Assembly: GCA_045106435.1 (NCBI GenBank)
Contig: JBGCEN010000057.1
Span: 1-55,253 of the forward strand
DNA length: 55,253 nucleotides
Origin: Rhodothermales bacterium
GTDB lineage: Bacteria > Bacteroidota > Rhodothermia > Rhodothermales > JAHQVL01
Direction: 5' to 3'
The notes under the pieces were generated by a model. The model did not search any database and had not been told where the DNA came from. It saw nothing but the letters and a program-made list of their open reading frames with translations. Shown here piece after piece: positions 1-10,621 of this stretch (positions are counted from its first letter, which is position 1; each line of letters begins with the position of its first letter). Both the position numbers and the translations under genes were made by a program.

Positions 1-141
1 GAGATGGTAATGCCAGGAGACAACACGCAGTTTACGGTAAGCCTGATTCAGCCAGTAGCTATGGAAGAGGGTCTGCGCTTCGCTATTCGTGAAGGCGGCC
101 GTACTGTAGGTGCAGGCGTTGTTACCAAAATCCTTGATTAA
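1..141 (+). CDS. tuf: Elongation factor Tu, C-terminal part (5' truncated by window edge)
   Basis: Frame 1 reads EMVMPGDN...[26 protein letters not shown], the canonical EF-Tu C-terminus; lies upstream of rpsJ. Confidence 0.98.
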   Translation, partial: EMVMPGDNTQFTVSLIQPVAMEEGLRFAIREGGRTVGAGVVTKILD

Positions 142-149
142 ATAAAATT

Positions 150-179
150 ACAAAGGGCGGTTTTCGAACCGCCCTTTGT
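150..179 (+). terminator. Perfect 13-bp hairpin between tuf and rpsJ (weak intrinsic terminator/attenuator)
   Basis: ACAAAGGGCGGTT-TTCG-AACCGCCCTTTGT; imperfect U-tract (TTTGTTTGT). Confidence 0.7.
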
Positions 180-194
180 TTGTCCTAGAGACGT

Positions 195-503
195 ATGGCT
201 AGTCAGAAGATTCGAATCAAGCTAAAGTCGTTTGATCACAGCTTGATTGATAAGAGTGCTGAGAAAATAATTCGTACGGTAAAGGCCACTGGCGCTGTTG
301 TTAGCGGCCCTATTCCACTGCCGACACGCAAGTCAGTATATACTGTGCTTCGTAGTCCGCATGTAGATAAGAAAAGCCGTGAGCAGTTTGAGACACGCAG
401 TCATAAGCGACTGATTGACATACTCTCCACAAGTAGCAAGACGGTTGACGCCTTGATGAAGCTGGAGCTGCCAAGTGGTGTTGATGTAGAAATTAAAGTA
501 TAA
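195..503 (+). CDS. rpsJ: 30S ribosomal protein S10
   Basis: [12 protein letters not shown]...GPIPLPT...[14 protein letters not shown] motifs. Confidence 0.99.
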   Translation: MASQKIRIKLKSFDHSLIDKSAEKIIRTVKATGAVVSGPIPLPTRKSVYTVLRSPHVDKKSREQFETRSHKRLIDILSTSSKTVDALMKLELPSGVDVEIKV

Positions 504-533
504 GCTTAATTGCTTGTGCTAAGCCTCACCGAT

Positions 534-1031
534 ATGTATAGTTCGAAAAAAATACTGCACCTTTTAGTTTTGCTTTTTGCATCAGTCGCGCTGGTAGGGT
601 GTGATACAACTGATGATGAAGGAGATGTTGAAGATGCAGCACGTTTTTTGGGGGAGTGGACGGTTGTTGAGGCAAGAGATCAGGATGGAGATAGAGACCA
701 GACTGAGGTTTTGTCAGCATTAGGTACGCTGACAATTGATCTGAATGCAGATGGGGCTTACTCTATCGAGTTTCTGTTTACTGACCCGCAAATTGAGGAC
801 GCGGTAATTAGTGAAACTTATACAGTTGATGAAGTCGCCTCGGATTTGATTCTGGTAGTCCAGATACCGGGTTTACCGCCTCAGGACTTGCCGTTGGATT
901 ACAGCTTCAGTAATGACTCAGAGGTAGAACTTACAATCGAAGGTACCCTCTTGGGTTTTTTATTGGGTCAGGGGCAAGATATCGATATTGAGTTTGAGGG
1001 TAATGTAATTCTTGTTGCGCAGAAGCAATAA
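534..1031 (+). CDS. Acidic lipoprotein, possibly lipocalin-like fold, inserted in the S10 operon
   Basis: ATG at 534; signal peptide with lipobox ALVG-C followed by DTTDDEGD; FLGEWTVVE resembles the lipocalin GxW motif. Confidence 0.8.
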   Translation: MYSSKKILHLLVLLFASVALVGCDTTDDEGDVEDAARFLGEWTVVEARDQDGDRDQTEVLSALGTLTIDLNADGAYSIEFLFTDPQIEDAVISETYTVDEVASDLILVVQIPGLPPQDLPLDYSFSNDSEVELTIEGTLLGFLLGQGQDIDIEFEGNVILVAQKQ

Positions 1032-1154
1032 AAAAGTTACCTACACAGAAAGTTAGTTAAACCTAGTGGCGAGCAAGGCGTTAGATGCGGCCGGCTCGGG
1101 AAATTTGAGTACTACTTCTTCTATTAACTGGAAGACAAATTAAGAATAGCAGCC

Positions 1155-1787
1155 ATGGGCAGCGGATTAATCGGTAAAAAAGTTGGCATGACCAGCATCT
1201 TCGACGAGGTGGGTAATAACATACCTTGCACCGTCGTTGAGGTGGAGCCCAACATTGTAACCCAGGTAAAATCATCTGAAGGTGCAGATGGTTACAATGC
1301 CGTACAATTGAGCTACGGCGAAAAGAAAGAGAAGCGAACTTCGAAGGCTATGAAAGGCCACTTCGAAAAAGCCGGCACAACACCAAAGAAAAAGGTCGTT
1401 GAGTTTCGGGATTTCGAAGCAGAAGAAGTTACCCTGGGTGAAGCCAAGAATATTGCGGATGTATTTGAAGAAGGGGATTTTGTAGATGTGGCCGGTATAT
1501 CCAAAGGTAAAGGTTTTCAGGGCGTAGTTAAGCGTCACGGATTTGCTGGAGTTGGTATGGCCACGCATGGTCAGCATAACCGCCAGCGTGCTCCGGGCTC
1601 TATTGGTCAGTCTTCTTCTCCATCCCGCGTATTTAAGGGATTGAGAATGGGTGGGCAAATGGGCAATGAGCGTGTAACGGCCCAGAATCTGGAAGTAATC
1701 AAGATTTACCCTGAGCACAATGTAATATTGGTAAAGGGTGCTGTACCAGGGCCTCGCAACGGCTTTGTAGAAATTCAGAAAGCATAA
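1155..1787 (+). CDS. rplC: 50S ribosomal protein L3
   Basis: [10 protein letters not shown]...[13 protein letters not shown]...RAPGSIG motifs. Confidence 0.99.
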   Translation: MGSGLIGKKVGMTSIFDEVGNNIPCTVVEVEPNIVTQVKSSEGADGYNAVQLSYGEKKEKRTSKAMKGHFEKAGTTPKKKVVEFRDFEAEEVTLGEAKNIADVFEEGDFVDVAGISKGKGFQGVVKRHGFAGVGMATHGQHNRQRAPGSIGQSSSPSRVFKGLRMGGQMGNERVTAQNLEVIKIYPEHNVILVKGAVPGPRNGFVEIQKA

Positions 1788-1853
1788 TTGCGTAACAGCC
1801 TGAAGAAATTTGTTCTGACGGTATCAGCGAATAGAAAAGAGCATTTATAGATC

Positions 1854-2498
1854 ATGAAACTCAAGGTCTTACAGCGCGACGGGAGTGAAGCAGGGCGTAC
1901 GGTTACGCTTGACAAAACTGTATTTGGTATTGAGCCCAATAACCATACGGTTTGGCTTGATGTTAAGCGTGTGCAAGCAGGCGGACGTCAAGGTACTCAT
2001 AAAGCAAAGGAGCGCGCCGAAATAGCCGGTAGTATGAAGAAACTGTACCGACAAAAAGGTACAGGACATGCAAGGGCGGGGACTGCGAAGTCTCCGTTGC
2101 GTAGAGGAGGTGGTACCGTGTTTGGTCCTCGTCCCCGTGATTATAGCATCAAGATTAACAAGAAAACCCGGGCACTTGCTCGTCGGTCAGTACTGTCTCT
2201 GAAAGCAAAAGGAGATGCTATTCGCGTCGTTGAAGACTTTACTTTTGAAGCCCCGGACACAAAAGGGATTCGTCAGTTGATTGCTTCATTCGAGGCTGGG
2301 AATTCAAGCGTACTGTTGTTGACAACTGCACATGATGCAAATGTTTACAAATCAGGCCGTAATGTACCCAAGTTTAAAGTACTGGAAGCTACGCAGGCTT
2401 CAACTCTTGATATAATTAATGCCAAGACCTTGTTGATTCAGGAAGGCGCAGTGAAGTCACTAAGCGCGTTGTTAGGTTCAAAGAAGTCAGGCAAATAA
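1854..2498 (+). CDS. rplD: 50S ribosomal protein L4
   Basis: RQGTHKAKER...KLYRQKGTGHARAG...GGGTVFGP motifs. Confidence 0.99.
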   Translation: MKLKVLQRDGSEAGRTVTLDKTVFGIEPNNHTVWLDVKRVQAGGRQGTHKAKERAEIAGSMKKLYRQKGTGHARAGTAKSPLRRGGGTVFGPRPRDYSIKINKKTRALARRSVLSLKAKGDAIRVVEDFTFEAPDTKGIRQLIASFEAGNSSVLLLTTAHDANVYKSGRNVPKFKVLEATQASTLDIINAKTLLIQEGAVKSLSALLGSKKSGK

Positions 2499-2549
2499 TA
2501 AATTAGAACATTCATTGACGCCGCTTGGTGTTCGTGAAAGTGTAAGGCC

Positions 2550-2849
2550 ATGGAAAAAGGAATTTTAGTAAGGCCATTTGTTACCGAAAAGATGTCTCGC
2601 CTCATGGAGAGCGGGCACTATGCTTTTGTGGTTGACAAAAACGCAAACAAGGTTGAGATCCGTAAGGAAATCGAAAAGCGTTATCCTGGCGTAAAGGTCA
2701 AGGAAGTGCGCACCCTGATTGTGCGTGGCAAGCGTCGCCGGCAGACCAGCAAGCGAGGCGTTGTTGAGGGCCGCAAAGCAGCCTACAAGCGGGCTATCAT
2801 AACATTGATGCCTGATAGTGAACAGATAGATTTCTTCGAAAACGTGTAA
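2550..2849 (+). CDS. rplW: 50S ribosomal protein L23
   Basis: P(F)VTEK, ANKVEI, YKRAIITL motifs; operon position. Confidence 0.97.
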   Translation: MEKGILVRPFVTEKMSRLMESGHYAFVVDKNANKVEIRKEIEKRYPGVKVKEVRTLIVRGKRRRQTSKRGVVEGRKAAYKRAIITLMPDSEQIDFFENV

Positions 2850-2919
2850 AATTGGCTGACAGAAATAATCGTTTTTTAGGTTAAAAGCGAGAAGAGAGAG
2901 TCAGTTAGATAAGAGAGCA

Positions 2920-3747
2920 ATGGCAATCCGACAGTTAAAACCGGTTACACCCGCGCAGCGACATCGATCTATTTCGACGTTTGACGAAATTACGAAGTCA
3001 ACGCCCGAAAAAAGCTTGCTTGCACCGCTGAGGAAAAAGGCAGGGCGTAACAATACCGGACGGATCATGGTGCGCCACCAGGGTGGTGGGCACAAAAGAC
3101 GCTACCGTATCATTGATTTCAAGCGTAACAAGTTTGATATCCCGGCGAAAGTAGCAAGTATAGAATACGACCCGAATCGTTCTGCCCGCATTGCACTTTT
3201 GGTGTATGCTGATGGGGAGAAACGGTACATTATCGCCCCTAACGAAGTTAAAGTTGGATCGGTTGTACTGAACGGGCCTGATGCGCCGCCTGAAGCAGGC
3301 AATTGCATGCCTTTATCCAAGATTCCTGTAGGTACGTTTGTACATGCGATCGAGATGAAGCCAGGCAAAGGTGCACAGTTGGCCAGATCGGCTGGTACCT
3401 ATGCTCAGCTAACAGCTCGGGAAGGAAAATACGCGACGCTTCGGTTGCCGTCTGGTGAAACTCGAATGGTGCCTAGCCGCTGTATGGCGACAATCGGTAC
3501 TACGAGCAACCCGGATCATGCAAATGTTGATCACGGAAAGGCCGGCCGTAAACGCTGGTTGGGTGTTCGACCGAAGACGCGTGGTGTTGCGATGAACCCC
3601 GTCGATCATCCAATGGGTGGTGGTGAAGGTAAATCTTCTGGTGGTCATCCACGCTCTCCTACTGGAGTACCTGCGAAAGGGTATAAAACCAGGAAGAAGC
3701 GTAAAGCATCGAACAAGTTAATTGTCCGGAGACGGGGCAAAAAATAA
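2920..3747 (+). CDS. rplB: 50S ribosomal protein L2
   Basis: [33 protein letters not shown] motifs. Confidence 0.99.
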   Translation: MAIRQLKPVTPAQRHRSISTFDEITKSTPEKSLLAPLRKKAGRNNTGRIMVRHQGGGHKRRYRIIDFKRNKFDIPAKVASIEYDPNRSARIALLVYADGEKRYIIAPNEVKVGSVVLNGPDAPPEAGNCMPLSKIPVGTFVHAIEMKPGKGAQLARSAGTYAQLTAREGKYATLRLPSGETRMVPSRCMATIGTTSNPDHANVDHGKAGRKRWLGVRPKTRGVAMNPVDHPMGGGEGKSSGGHPRSPTGVPAKGYKTRKKRKASNKLIVRRRGKK

Positions 3748-3806
3748 TCAAGTGATTTGGTCTGGGGCGAGGTATTCGTTCCGGGCTGATAAAGCGAATA
3801 ATTTTA

Positions 3807-4088
3807 ATGGCACGATCACTTAAAAAAGGACCTTTTGTTCATTTCAAGCTCCAGCGTAAGGTGGATAAGCAGAACGAAGGCGGAAAAAAGAAAGTCATTA
3901 AGACATGGAGCCGCGCATCCATGATCTCGCCTGACTTTGTAGGACACACATTTGCCGTACATAACGGTAAACAGTTTATACCTGTGTATATCACAGAAAA
4001 TATGGTAGGGCATCGCCTAGGCGAGTTTTCTCCTACCAGAACATTCCGTGGTCACGCTGGCGATAGAAAAGATAAGCGCGGTCGTTAG
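3807..4088 (+). CDS. rpsS: 30S ribosomal protein S19
   Basis: [28 protein letters not shown] motifs. Confidence 0.99.
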   Translation: MARSLKKGPFVHFKLQRKVDKQNEGGKKKVIKTWSRASMISPDFVGHTFAVHNGKQFIPVYITENMVGHRLGEFSPTRTFRGHAGDRKDKRGR

Positions 4089-4146
4089 AGTCATTACGTC
4101 GAAGGATGCCCTTTGGGCTGTGACACCGTCTAGAATACGAACGGTC

Positions 4147-4506
4147 ATGAAAGCTAAAGCTGTAAGAAAATACATAAGGAGTTCGCCACGGAAGATTCGG
4201 CCAGTGGTCAATGTAATCCGTGGACAGCGGGTACCTGATGCGATCAATTCGCTCAACTTCCTCCCGCAGAAAGTTACGGATACAGTACGCCGCACAATTT
4301 TATCCGCTGTACATAACCTGATGGATCAAAATCAGGATGAAAGGTTGGATGAAGACCAGCTCATCGTACGTGAAGTGCGAGTTGATGAGGGGCCGCACTT
4401 TAAGCGATTCCGCCCAGCTCCGCGTGGCCGAGCTCAACCTATTCTGAAGCGGACAAGTCACCTTACGGTTGTCGTTGGGACGCCGGGTGACGACGAAGAA
4501 GAGTAG
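4147..4506 (+). CDS. rplV: 50S ribosomal protein L22
   Basis: Start at ATG 4147 (MKAKAVRKYIRSSPRK); VDEGP..KRFRP.PRGRA..ILKRTSHLTV. Confidence 0.97.
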   Translation: MKAKAVRKYIRSSPRKIRPVVNVIRGQRVPDAINSLNFLPQKVTDTVRRTILSAVHNLMDQNQDERLDEDQLIVREVRVDEGPHFKRFRPAPRGRAQPILKRTSHLTVVVGTPGDDEEE

Positions 4507-4563
4507 TAGAAGAAGAAAACATTAGCGCTTACCTAAGACCATAATATAAGAAAGGTTTTTACA

Positions 4564-5340
4564 GTGGGTCAGAAAACACATCCTGTAGGATTTAGACTTG
4601 GCATTATTAGAGGTTGGGATTCCAACTGGTATGCTGAGAAAGATTTCGCAGAAAAACTCGTTGAAGACGAAGAAATTCGGAAATACCTGTCTGCTCGTTT
4701 GAAGAGAGCAGGGTTAAGCCGTGTAGTTATCGAGCGTACACCAAAGCGTGTGATTCTGACGCTTCATACCAGCCGGCCGGGTGTTGTTATCGGTCGCGGT
4801 GGTGCTGAGGTCGAAAAGCTACGTGAAGAACTTAAAAAGCTCACAAGCAAAGACATTCAGATCAATATCAACGAGATTAAACGTCCTGAGTTGGATGCAA
4901 GCCTCGTTGCTCAGAATATTGCGCAACAGCTTGAGGGACGTGTTTCGTTCCGTCGTGCGATGAAGCAGGCCATCACGGCTGCCATGCGCATGGGAGCTGA
5001 AGGTATCCGTATCAAAGTAGGTGGCCGTCTTGGCGGTGCTGAAATGGGACGTACGGAGCAGTATTTGGAGGGTCGTGTGCCACTCCACACTGTACGTGCT
5101 GATATTGATTATTCAGAAATGAGAGCCTATACCATCTACGGAACCATTGGCGTTAAAGTCTGGATCTTCCGCGGTGAGGTGATCGGTAAGCCTGATTTGA
5201 GTCCTAATGTCCAGGCGCAGCGTCAGCAGGCGCAGCAGATGCCACCAGAGCGTCGTCGTCGTGGCAAAAGGAATGATAACAGGAATAGCAACAGCAATCG
5301 TCGCGGTGGCAACAGGCAAGGCGGCGGAAACAAGAGCTAG
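4564..5340 (+). CDS. rpsC: 30S ribosomal protein S3
   Basis: GTG start, [26 protein letters not shown]; R/N/G-rich C-terminal tail. Confidence 0.99.
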   Translation: MGQKTHPVGFRLGIIRGWDSNWYAEKDFAEKLVEDEEIRKYLSARLKRAGLSRVVIERTPKRVILTLHTSRPGVVIGRGGAEVEKLREELKKLTSKDIQININEIKRPELDASLVAQNIAQQLEGRVSFRRAMKQAITAAMRMGAEGIRIKVGGRLGGAEMGRTEQYLEGRVPLHTVRADIDYSEMRAYTIYGTIGVKVWIFRGEVIGKPDLSPNVQAQRQQAQQMPPERRRRGKRNDNRNSNSNRRGGNRQGGGNKS

Positions 5341-5384
5341 TTTTTAATTTTGATCATTGATCTAGGGATAGAGAGGGTGTCATC

Positions 5385-5813
5385 ATGTTAATGCCCAAAA
5401 GAACGAAGTACCGGCGCGTCCAAAAAGGGCGTATCAAAGGAAACGCTACGCGTGGTACTCGTATTAATTTTGGCGATTTCGGAATCAAGGCTTTAGAGCC
5501 TGGCAGACTAACAAGTCGTCAGATTGAAGCAGCCCGTATTGCCATGACGCGTCAGATGAAAAGGGCTGGGCGTGTATGGATCAGGATTTTTCCAGACAAA
5601 TCCATAACGAAAAAGGCTGCTGAAACTCGTATGGGTAAAGGTAAAGGCTCCCCTGAGTATTGGGTAGCTGTTATTCGCCCGGGACGTGTCCTTTTTGAGA
5701 TTGGAGGAAATGTATCCCCTGAATTGGCGAAAGAAGCCTTGCGCCTGGCGCAGCAGAAACTGCCGATTAAAACGAAATTTGTAATGCGCCCCGATTACGT
5801 GGACGCGGAATAA
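5385..5813 (+). CDS. rplP: 50S ribosomal protein L16
   Basis: [23 protein letters not shown] motifs. Confidence 0.99.
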   Translation: MLMPKRTKYRRVQKGRIKGNATRGTRINFGDFGIKALEPGRLTSRQIEAARIAMTRQMKRAGRVWIRIFPDKSITKKAAETRMGKGKGSPEYWVAVIRPGRVLFEIGGNVSPELAKEALRLAQQKLPIKTKFVMRPDYVDAE

Positions 5814-5841
5814 AATACAGTACATGCTGACCGCATAAGTC

Positions 5842-6045
5842 ATGAAAGCAAAAGAAATACGTGAGTTAAGCCTTAATGAGATTCAACAGCGAATTGCTGA
5901 TGAAAAGGAAAGTTTGCAGCATCTGAATTTTCAGCATGCCATTGCAGATATCCAGAATCCAATGCAGCTAAAGCATTCTCGCCGGCTTGTTGCCAGACTC
6001 CAGACAATTTTGACGGAGAAGAAGGCAAACGGAGAAGAAGTTTAG
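5842..6045 (+). CDS. rpmC: 50S ribosomal protein L29
   Basis: MKAKEIREL...NPMQL..RR.VARLQTIL; operon position. Confidence 0.96.
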   Translation: MKAKEIRELSLNEIQQRIADEKESLQHLNFQHAIADIQNPMQLKHSRRLVARLQTILTEKKANGEEV

Positions 6046-6122
6046 AACTCACCGGTAACTGAAGAATTTTTTAAACAAGGTAGTTGGTGGGGTTTCGGCT
6101 CACCAAGCCCGATCATGAGAAT

Positions 6123-6383
6123 ATGGAAACACAAAGAAGTCGTAGAAAAGAACGTATTGGACTTGTTGTAAGCGATAAAATGGACAAATCCATTTCAATT
6201 GCAATCCAGCGTCAGGTAAAGCACCCTATCTACGGGAAGTTTATCAAGAAGACCACCAAGCTCATGGTACACGACGAGCAGAATGATGCAAACACGGGTG
6301 ATACCGTGCGCGTCCAGGAAACGCGTCCTTTGAGCAAGAATAAGCGCTGGCGCCTTGTTGAAGTACTAGAGCGAGCCAAGTAA
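6123..6383 (+). CDS. rpsQ: 30S ribosomal protein S17
   Basis: ATG at 6123; [28 protein letters not shown]. Confidence 0.98.
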   Translation: METQRSRRKERIGLVVSDKMDKSISIAIQRQVKHPIYGKFIKKTTKLMVHDEQNDANTGDTVRVQETRPLSKNKRWRLVEVLERAK

Positions 6384-6466
6384 TCTACACAGAAACTACA
6401 AATGTTTTGGCCCCATAGGGCACGATCAATCAGGTTGATCACGAGCATTTAACAATAATTACGATC

Positions 6467-6835
6467 ATGATCCAGCAGGAATCGAGACTCGCAGTAGCCG
6501 ACAATAGCGGCGCCAAAGAAGTGTTGTGTATTCGAGTATTGGGTGGCAGCGGCCGGCGATATGCGCGAATCGGAGACAGAATTATCGTTACAGTTAAGTC
6601 AGCTATTCCAGGCGGAAACGTCAAGAAAGGAGAAGTGACGCCGGCGGTGGTTGTTCGTACTAAAAAAGAGTATCGTCGCAAAGATGGTTCTTACATCAGA
6701 TTTGATGAGAACGCTGCGGTATTGCTTAATGCACAAGATGAGCCAAGAGGTACACGTATCTTCGGGCCTGTTGCGCGCGAACTCCGCGAAAAGCAGTTCA
6801 TGAGAATTGTATCTCTAGCCCCGGAAGTACTGTAA
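6467..6835 (+). CDS. rplN: 50S ribosomal protein L14
   Basis: [17 protein letters not shown]...[12 protein letters not shown]...SLAPEVL. Confidence 0.99.
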   Translation: MIQQESRLAVADNSGAKEVLCIRVLGGSGRRYARIGDRIIVTVKSAIPGGNVKKGEVTPAVVVRTKKEYRRKDGSYIRFDENAAVLLNAQDEPRGTRIFGPVARELREKQFMRIVSLAPEVL

Positions 6836-6908
6836 ATACTTGAGTTTTCCGCTGCCTCTTTAAATACGCAGCAACAATATTGAAATTTGAAATTCGAAAC
6901 TGAGCGCC

Positions 6909-7295
6909 ATGCCTCGTACGAAGAATAAACATAAAAAACTCCACGTAAAGAAAGGTGATACGGTCATGTTGACCAAGGCGATCACCGCAACTGAATCTCT
7001 TGCGTCTGACCGCGCAAAGGGATATGTGGGCAAGGTACTTCGGGTATATCCTGTTAAAGAACGGGTAATCGTTGAGGGTGTAAACCTTCGTATCCGACAT
7101 ACCAAACCAAATCAGACCTACCCGCAGGGTGGCCGGATTCCTCGTGAGATGCCTATTCACATTTCAAATGTGATGCCTGTTGATTCAGACGGCAGCCGGA
7201 CACGTGTAGGTCGTAAGCGAATCGAAGATCCTGAAACAGGTATGGGACGGTGGATTCGCTTTGCCAAGACAACTGGCGAAGAATTGGATCGTTAG
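6909..7295 (+). CDS. rplX: 50S ribosomal protein L24
   Basis: VKKGDTV...GKVLRV...VIVEGVN...EMPIHISNV; carries an insertion in the KOW region. Confidence 0.97.
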   Translation: MPRTKNKHKKLHVKKGDTVMLTKAITATESLASDRAKGYVGKVLRVYPVKERVIVEGVNLRIRHTKPNQTYPQGGRIPREMPIHISNVMPVDSDGSRTRVGRKRIEDPETGMGRWIRFAKTTGEELDR

Positions 7296-7356
7296 GCTGT
7301 ACGCAAACGATCATTATAACTGATAATAGATACATACGTTAATATCGGGAAGAGCA

Positions 7357-7929
7357 ATGGCTTACACTGTACGGTTGAAGGAGAAGTATCATGGCGAGAT
7401 CGTTGCCGAGCTGAAAAAACAGTTCGAGTATTCGAATGTCATGCAGGTACCTAGGCTCCTGAAAATCAGTGTTAATAAAGGCGTAGGCGAAGCCTCGCAA
7501 AACAAAAAGCTTCTTGACGATGCTATTCAAGAGCTTCGTGCGATTACAGGTCAACATCCTGTGTCGGCTAAAGCCAAGAAAAGTGTGTCGAACTTTAAGT
7601 TGCGTGAAGGTATGCCAATCGGTGTACACGTAACGCTTCGTGGCGATCAGATGTATGAGTTTTTTGATCGTCTCGTAACGCTAGCGCTACCACGTGTTCG
7701 TGACTTTCGCGGCGTTCCAGACAAGAGCTTTGATGGTAGGGGGAATTATACGCTTGGTGTAAAAGAGCAGATTATTTTCCCTGAGATCAACGTGGACAAA
7801 ATAGATCGCATCAGTGGACTCGATATATCTTTTGTTACATCGGCGAACACAGATGAGGAAGGACATGCCTTGCTAAAAGCGCTGGGTATGCCATTCGTTC
7901 GCAGAGAAACAGAGGCTGTAGAAGCTTAA
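7357..7929 (+). CDS. rplE: 50S ribosomal protein L5
   Basis: [29 protein letters not shown] motifs. Confidence 0.99.
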   Translation: MAYTVRLKEKYHGEIVAELKKQFEYSNVMQVPRLLKISVNKGVGEASQNKKLLDDAIQELRAITGQHPVSAKAKKSVSNFKLREGMPIGVHVTLRGDQMYEFFDRLVTLALPRVRDFRGVPDKSFDGRGNYTLGVKEQIIFPEINVDKIDRISGLDISFVTSANTDEEGHALLKALGMPFVRRETEAVEA

Positions 7930-7962
7930 GAATATATAGCGGAAGCTAGACCAAGAAAAAAG

Positions 7963-8232
7963 ATGGCAAAGAAAAGCTGGATTGCACGAGAGCGTAAGCG
8001 TCGGAAAGCGGTAGAAAAGTATGCACATATTCGTGCACGCTTAAAAGCGGAGGGAGACTTTGAAGGACTTCAAAGACTGCCCAGGAACGCTAGCCCTGTT
8101 CGCTTGAAAAATCGTTGTGCCCTTACAGGACGTTCACGAGCTTATATGAGGAAATTTGGAGTTTCCCGTATTGTATTTCGTGAAATGGCGTTGGCAGGGA
8201 AAATTCCGGGAATTAGAAAAGCAAGCTGGTAA
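7963..8232 (+). CDS. rpsN: 30S ribosomal protein S14 (89-aa, zinc-independent type)
   Basis: MAKKS...LPRNASP.RLKNRC.LTGR...[11 protein letters not shown]. Confidence 0.98.
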   Translation: MAKKSWIARERKRRKAVEKYAHIRARLKAEGDFEGLQRLPRNASPVRLKNRCALTGRSRAYMRKFGVSRIVFREMALAGKIPGIRKASW

Positions 8233-8309
8233 TTTAGCTGGCCAGAAGATTCTTGGTCAATTGCTGGATACAGAAAGCCGTGAGATGAATCGGCTAAATT
8301 TCAAATATT

Positions 8310-8711
8310 ATGAGTGGAATTACAGATACCGTTGCAGACTACTTGACGCGCATTAGAAATGCACAGAAAGCGCGACATCGTCATGTTGATATTCCTGCAT
8401 CCAAGCTCAAAAGAGCTATGACGCAGATCATGGTCGAAAAAGGATATGTTAAAAGATTTATCGATATCGACGACAGTAAGCAGGGTCTGATTCGTATTTA
8501 CCTGAAATATGATCAAGCCGGCAAGCCAGTCATTCATGAGCTAAAGCGTGTTTCCCGTCCAGGATTGCGGAGATATGTTGGCGCAAATGACTTGCCACGT
8601 GTGAAAAATGGCCTTGGTGTTGCGATTCTTTCTACCTCACAAGGATTAATGACGGACAAAGAAGCCCGCATTGTGAAGGTAGGAGGAGAAGTACTGGCTT
8701 ACGTCTATTAG
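8310..8711 (+). CDS. rpsH: 30S ribosomal protein S8
   Basis: DYLTRIRNA, SRPGLRRY, STSQGLMTDKEAR..VGGEVL. Confidence 0.99.
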   Translation: MSGITDTVADYLTRIRNAQKARHRHVDIPASKLKRAMTQIMVEKGYVKRFIDIDDSKQGLIRIYLKYDQAGKPVIHELKRVSRPGLRRYVGANDLPRVKNGLGVAILSTSQGLMTDKEARIVKVGGEVLAYVY

Positions 8712-8810
8712 ATTGTTTTTCCTTCTACCAGGCAATTACACTGCTTGAGCAATTTGATTGCCTGTTTAAGACAGGAAACTGAGAACTGAAAACCAAAACT
8801 GAGATTAAAT

Positions 8811-9365
8811 ATGTCTCGTATCGGCAAGTTGCCAATCGAACTTAGTGGGGATGTTACCATAAACGTTGCCACTAACAATTTGGTAACCGTGAAAGGACCC
8901 AAAGGCGAGCTTTATTTGCAGGTAGATCCAGATATGGAAGTATCGCAAGAAGATAAGCTGCTATCGGTCAAGCGCCCTACAGACCAGAAAAGACACCGCG
9001 CGATGCATGGATTGTATCGCTCACTGATCAATAACATGGTTACGGGTGTTACTAAAGGGTATAAGGTTGAGCTTGAAGTGATTGGTGTGGGTTACCGCGC
9101 ATCCATGGCTAACGGCGTATTGGAATTGGGTTTAGGATTCTCCCATCCTATCTACTTCCTGCCACCAAAGGGTATCGATATTACTGTAGATACCAAGCGG
9201 GGCAAAAACGCGATCGTAGTCATTGAAGGCATTGACAACCAATTGGTTGGTCAGGTTGCCGCCAAGATTAGAAAGCTGAGACCGCCCGAACCTTACAAAG
9301 GCAAAGGTGTTCGCTATGTCGGTGAGTACGTTCGCCGTAAAGCTGGTAAAACAGCTGCTCGCTAG
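8811..9365 (+). CDS. rplF: 50S ribosomal protein L6
   Basis: MSRIGKLPI, RPPEPYKGKGVRY, RRKAGK. Confidence 0.99.
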   Translation: MSRIGKLPIELSGDVTINVATNNLVTVKGPKGELYLQVDPDMEVSQEDKLLSVKRPTDQKRHRAMHGLYRSLINNMVTGVTKGYKVELEVIGVGYRASMANGVLELGLGFSHPIYFLPPKGIDITVDTKRGKNAIVVIEGIDNQLVGQVAAKIRKLRPPEPYKGKGVRYVGEYVRRKAGKTAAR

Positions 9366-9434
9366 TCGGGTTAACTAATAACATGATCAACCGCACCAAA
9401 GGGTTGGAAATCTTTTGGTCCATAGGTTAAAAAC

Positions 9435-9788
9435 ATGGCTAAAAATAGAAAGGCGTTAAGTCGCAAGCGCATCAAGCGCCGGATTCGCAAAAGAATCAAC
9501 GGAACTCCAGAAAGTCCAAGACTTTCAGTATTTCGCTCATCGCAGCATATTTATGCGCAATTGATCGATGATCTTTCCGGCCATACCCTGGCTGCTGCAT
9601 CTTCTTTGGAAGACGTTAAAATGAAAGGATCAAGCGTTGAGAAAAGCGTAGAGGTTGGCAAGAAGTTGGCCGAGAGAGCCAAAGCTGCCGGCATCGAAAG
9701 CGCAGTATTTGACCGGAATGGATTTCGGTATCACGGTCGCGTTAAAGCTTTGGCAGAAGGCGCGCGTGAAGGAGGAATTAGCTTCTAA
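9435..9788 (+). CDS. rplR: 50S ribosomal protein L18
   Basis: [33 protein letters not shown]. Confidence 0.99.
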   Translation: MAKNRKALSRKRIKRRIRKRINGTPESPRLSVFRSSQHIYAQLIDDLSGHTLAAASSLEDVKMKGSSVEKSVEVGKKLAERAKAAGIESAVFDRNGFRYHGRVKALAEGAREGGISF

Positions 9789-9853
9789 GAGAAGCTTTTA
9801 AGTTATAGATCGACAAGAATCGATCAACTAAATAGCTGTAAACAGATAAGATA

Positions 9854-10384
9854 ATGGCTAAAGGTAGAAACCGTCGCACCCGTGAAAAGGCAAGTGCACC
9901 ACAGAAAGAATGGATCGAGAAACTCGTATCCGTAAATCGTGTAGCGAAGGTTGTAAAAGGTGGTCGCCGCTTTTCCTTCAACGCAGTAGTAGTCGTTGGG
10001 GATGGCAATGGTGTTGTTGGTGCAGGTCTTGGTAAGGCCAATGAAGTTGCCAGTGCAATTGCTAAAGGGACAGAAGACGCTAAGAAGAACGTCATTTCTG
10101 TACCGCTCCGCGGAGGTACCATACCTCATCCGATCATTGGTCGGAAGGATGCTGGACGTGTTTTGCTTAAGCCGGCTTCTCATGGTACTGGTGTTATTGC
10201 AGGTGGCGGCGTTCGTGCTGTACTAGAGTGTGCCGGGGTTTCAGATATCCTGTCAAAATCTCTTGGTTCCAGTAACCCGCATAACCAAGTTGCTGCCACA
10301 ATCAATGGGCTTGCTTCATTGCAGGATCCCATGGAAGTTGCAAAACGTCGTGGTATACCATTGAAAAAGGTATTCGAGGGTTAA
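9854..10384 (+). CDS. rpsE: 30S ribosomal protein S5
   Basis: [29 protein letters not shown]. Confidence 0.99.
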   Translation: MAKGRNRRTREKASAPQKEWIEKLVSVNRVAKVVKGGRRFSFNAVVVVGDGNGVVGAGLGKANEVASAIAKGTEDAKKNVISVPLRGGTIPHPIIGRKDAGRVLLKPASHGTGVIAGGGVRAVLECAGVSDILSKSLGSSNPHNQVAATINGLASLQDPMEVAKRRGIPLKKVFEG

Positions 10385-10437
10385 TCCGAACAGGCTGAAA
10401 AATTATCTGCCTTAGATACCATACGAGCAGAATTATA

Positions 10438-10620
10438 ATGGGAAATTTGAAAATTACACAAACACGCAGTCTAATCCGGAAGTCGAAAAAGCAAAAGCTT
10501 ACGATGGAAGCTTTGGGATTTAGACGGATAAATCAAACCGTTGAGCATAACGACACTCCACAGCTTCGTGGGATGTTGGAAAAAGTGCACCATTTAGTAA
10601 AGATAGAAGAAACGAACTGA
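10438..10620 (+). CDS. rpmD: 50S ribosomal protein L30
   Basis: LKITQTRSLI...ALG...DTPQLRGM..KVHHLV. Confidence 0.97.
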   Translation: MGNLKITQTRSLIRKSKKQKLTMEALGFRRINQTVEHNDTPQLRGMLEKVHHLVKIEETN

Positions 10621-10621
10621 C

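Noticed and set aside
4048-4146. Long N-terminal extension of L22 in the ORF track (likewise S17 from 6084, DUF1080 from 21409, biotin carrier from 23361, PLP enzyme from 46271)
   Set aside because: Artefacts of longest-ORF start choice; homology or the signal peptide begins at downstream ATGs
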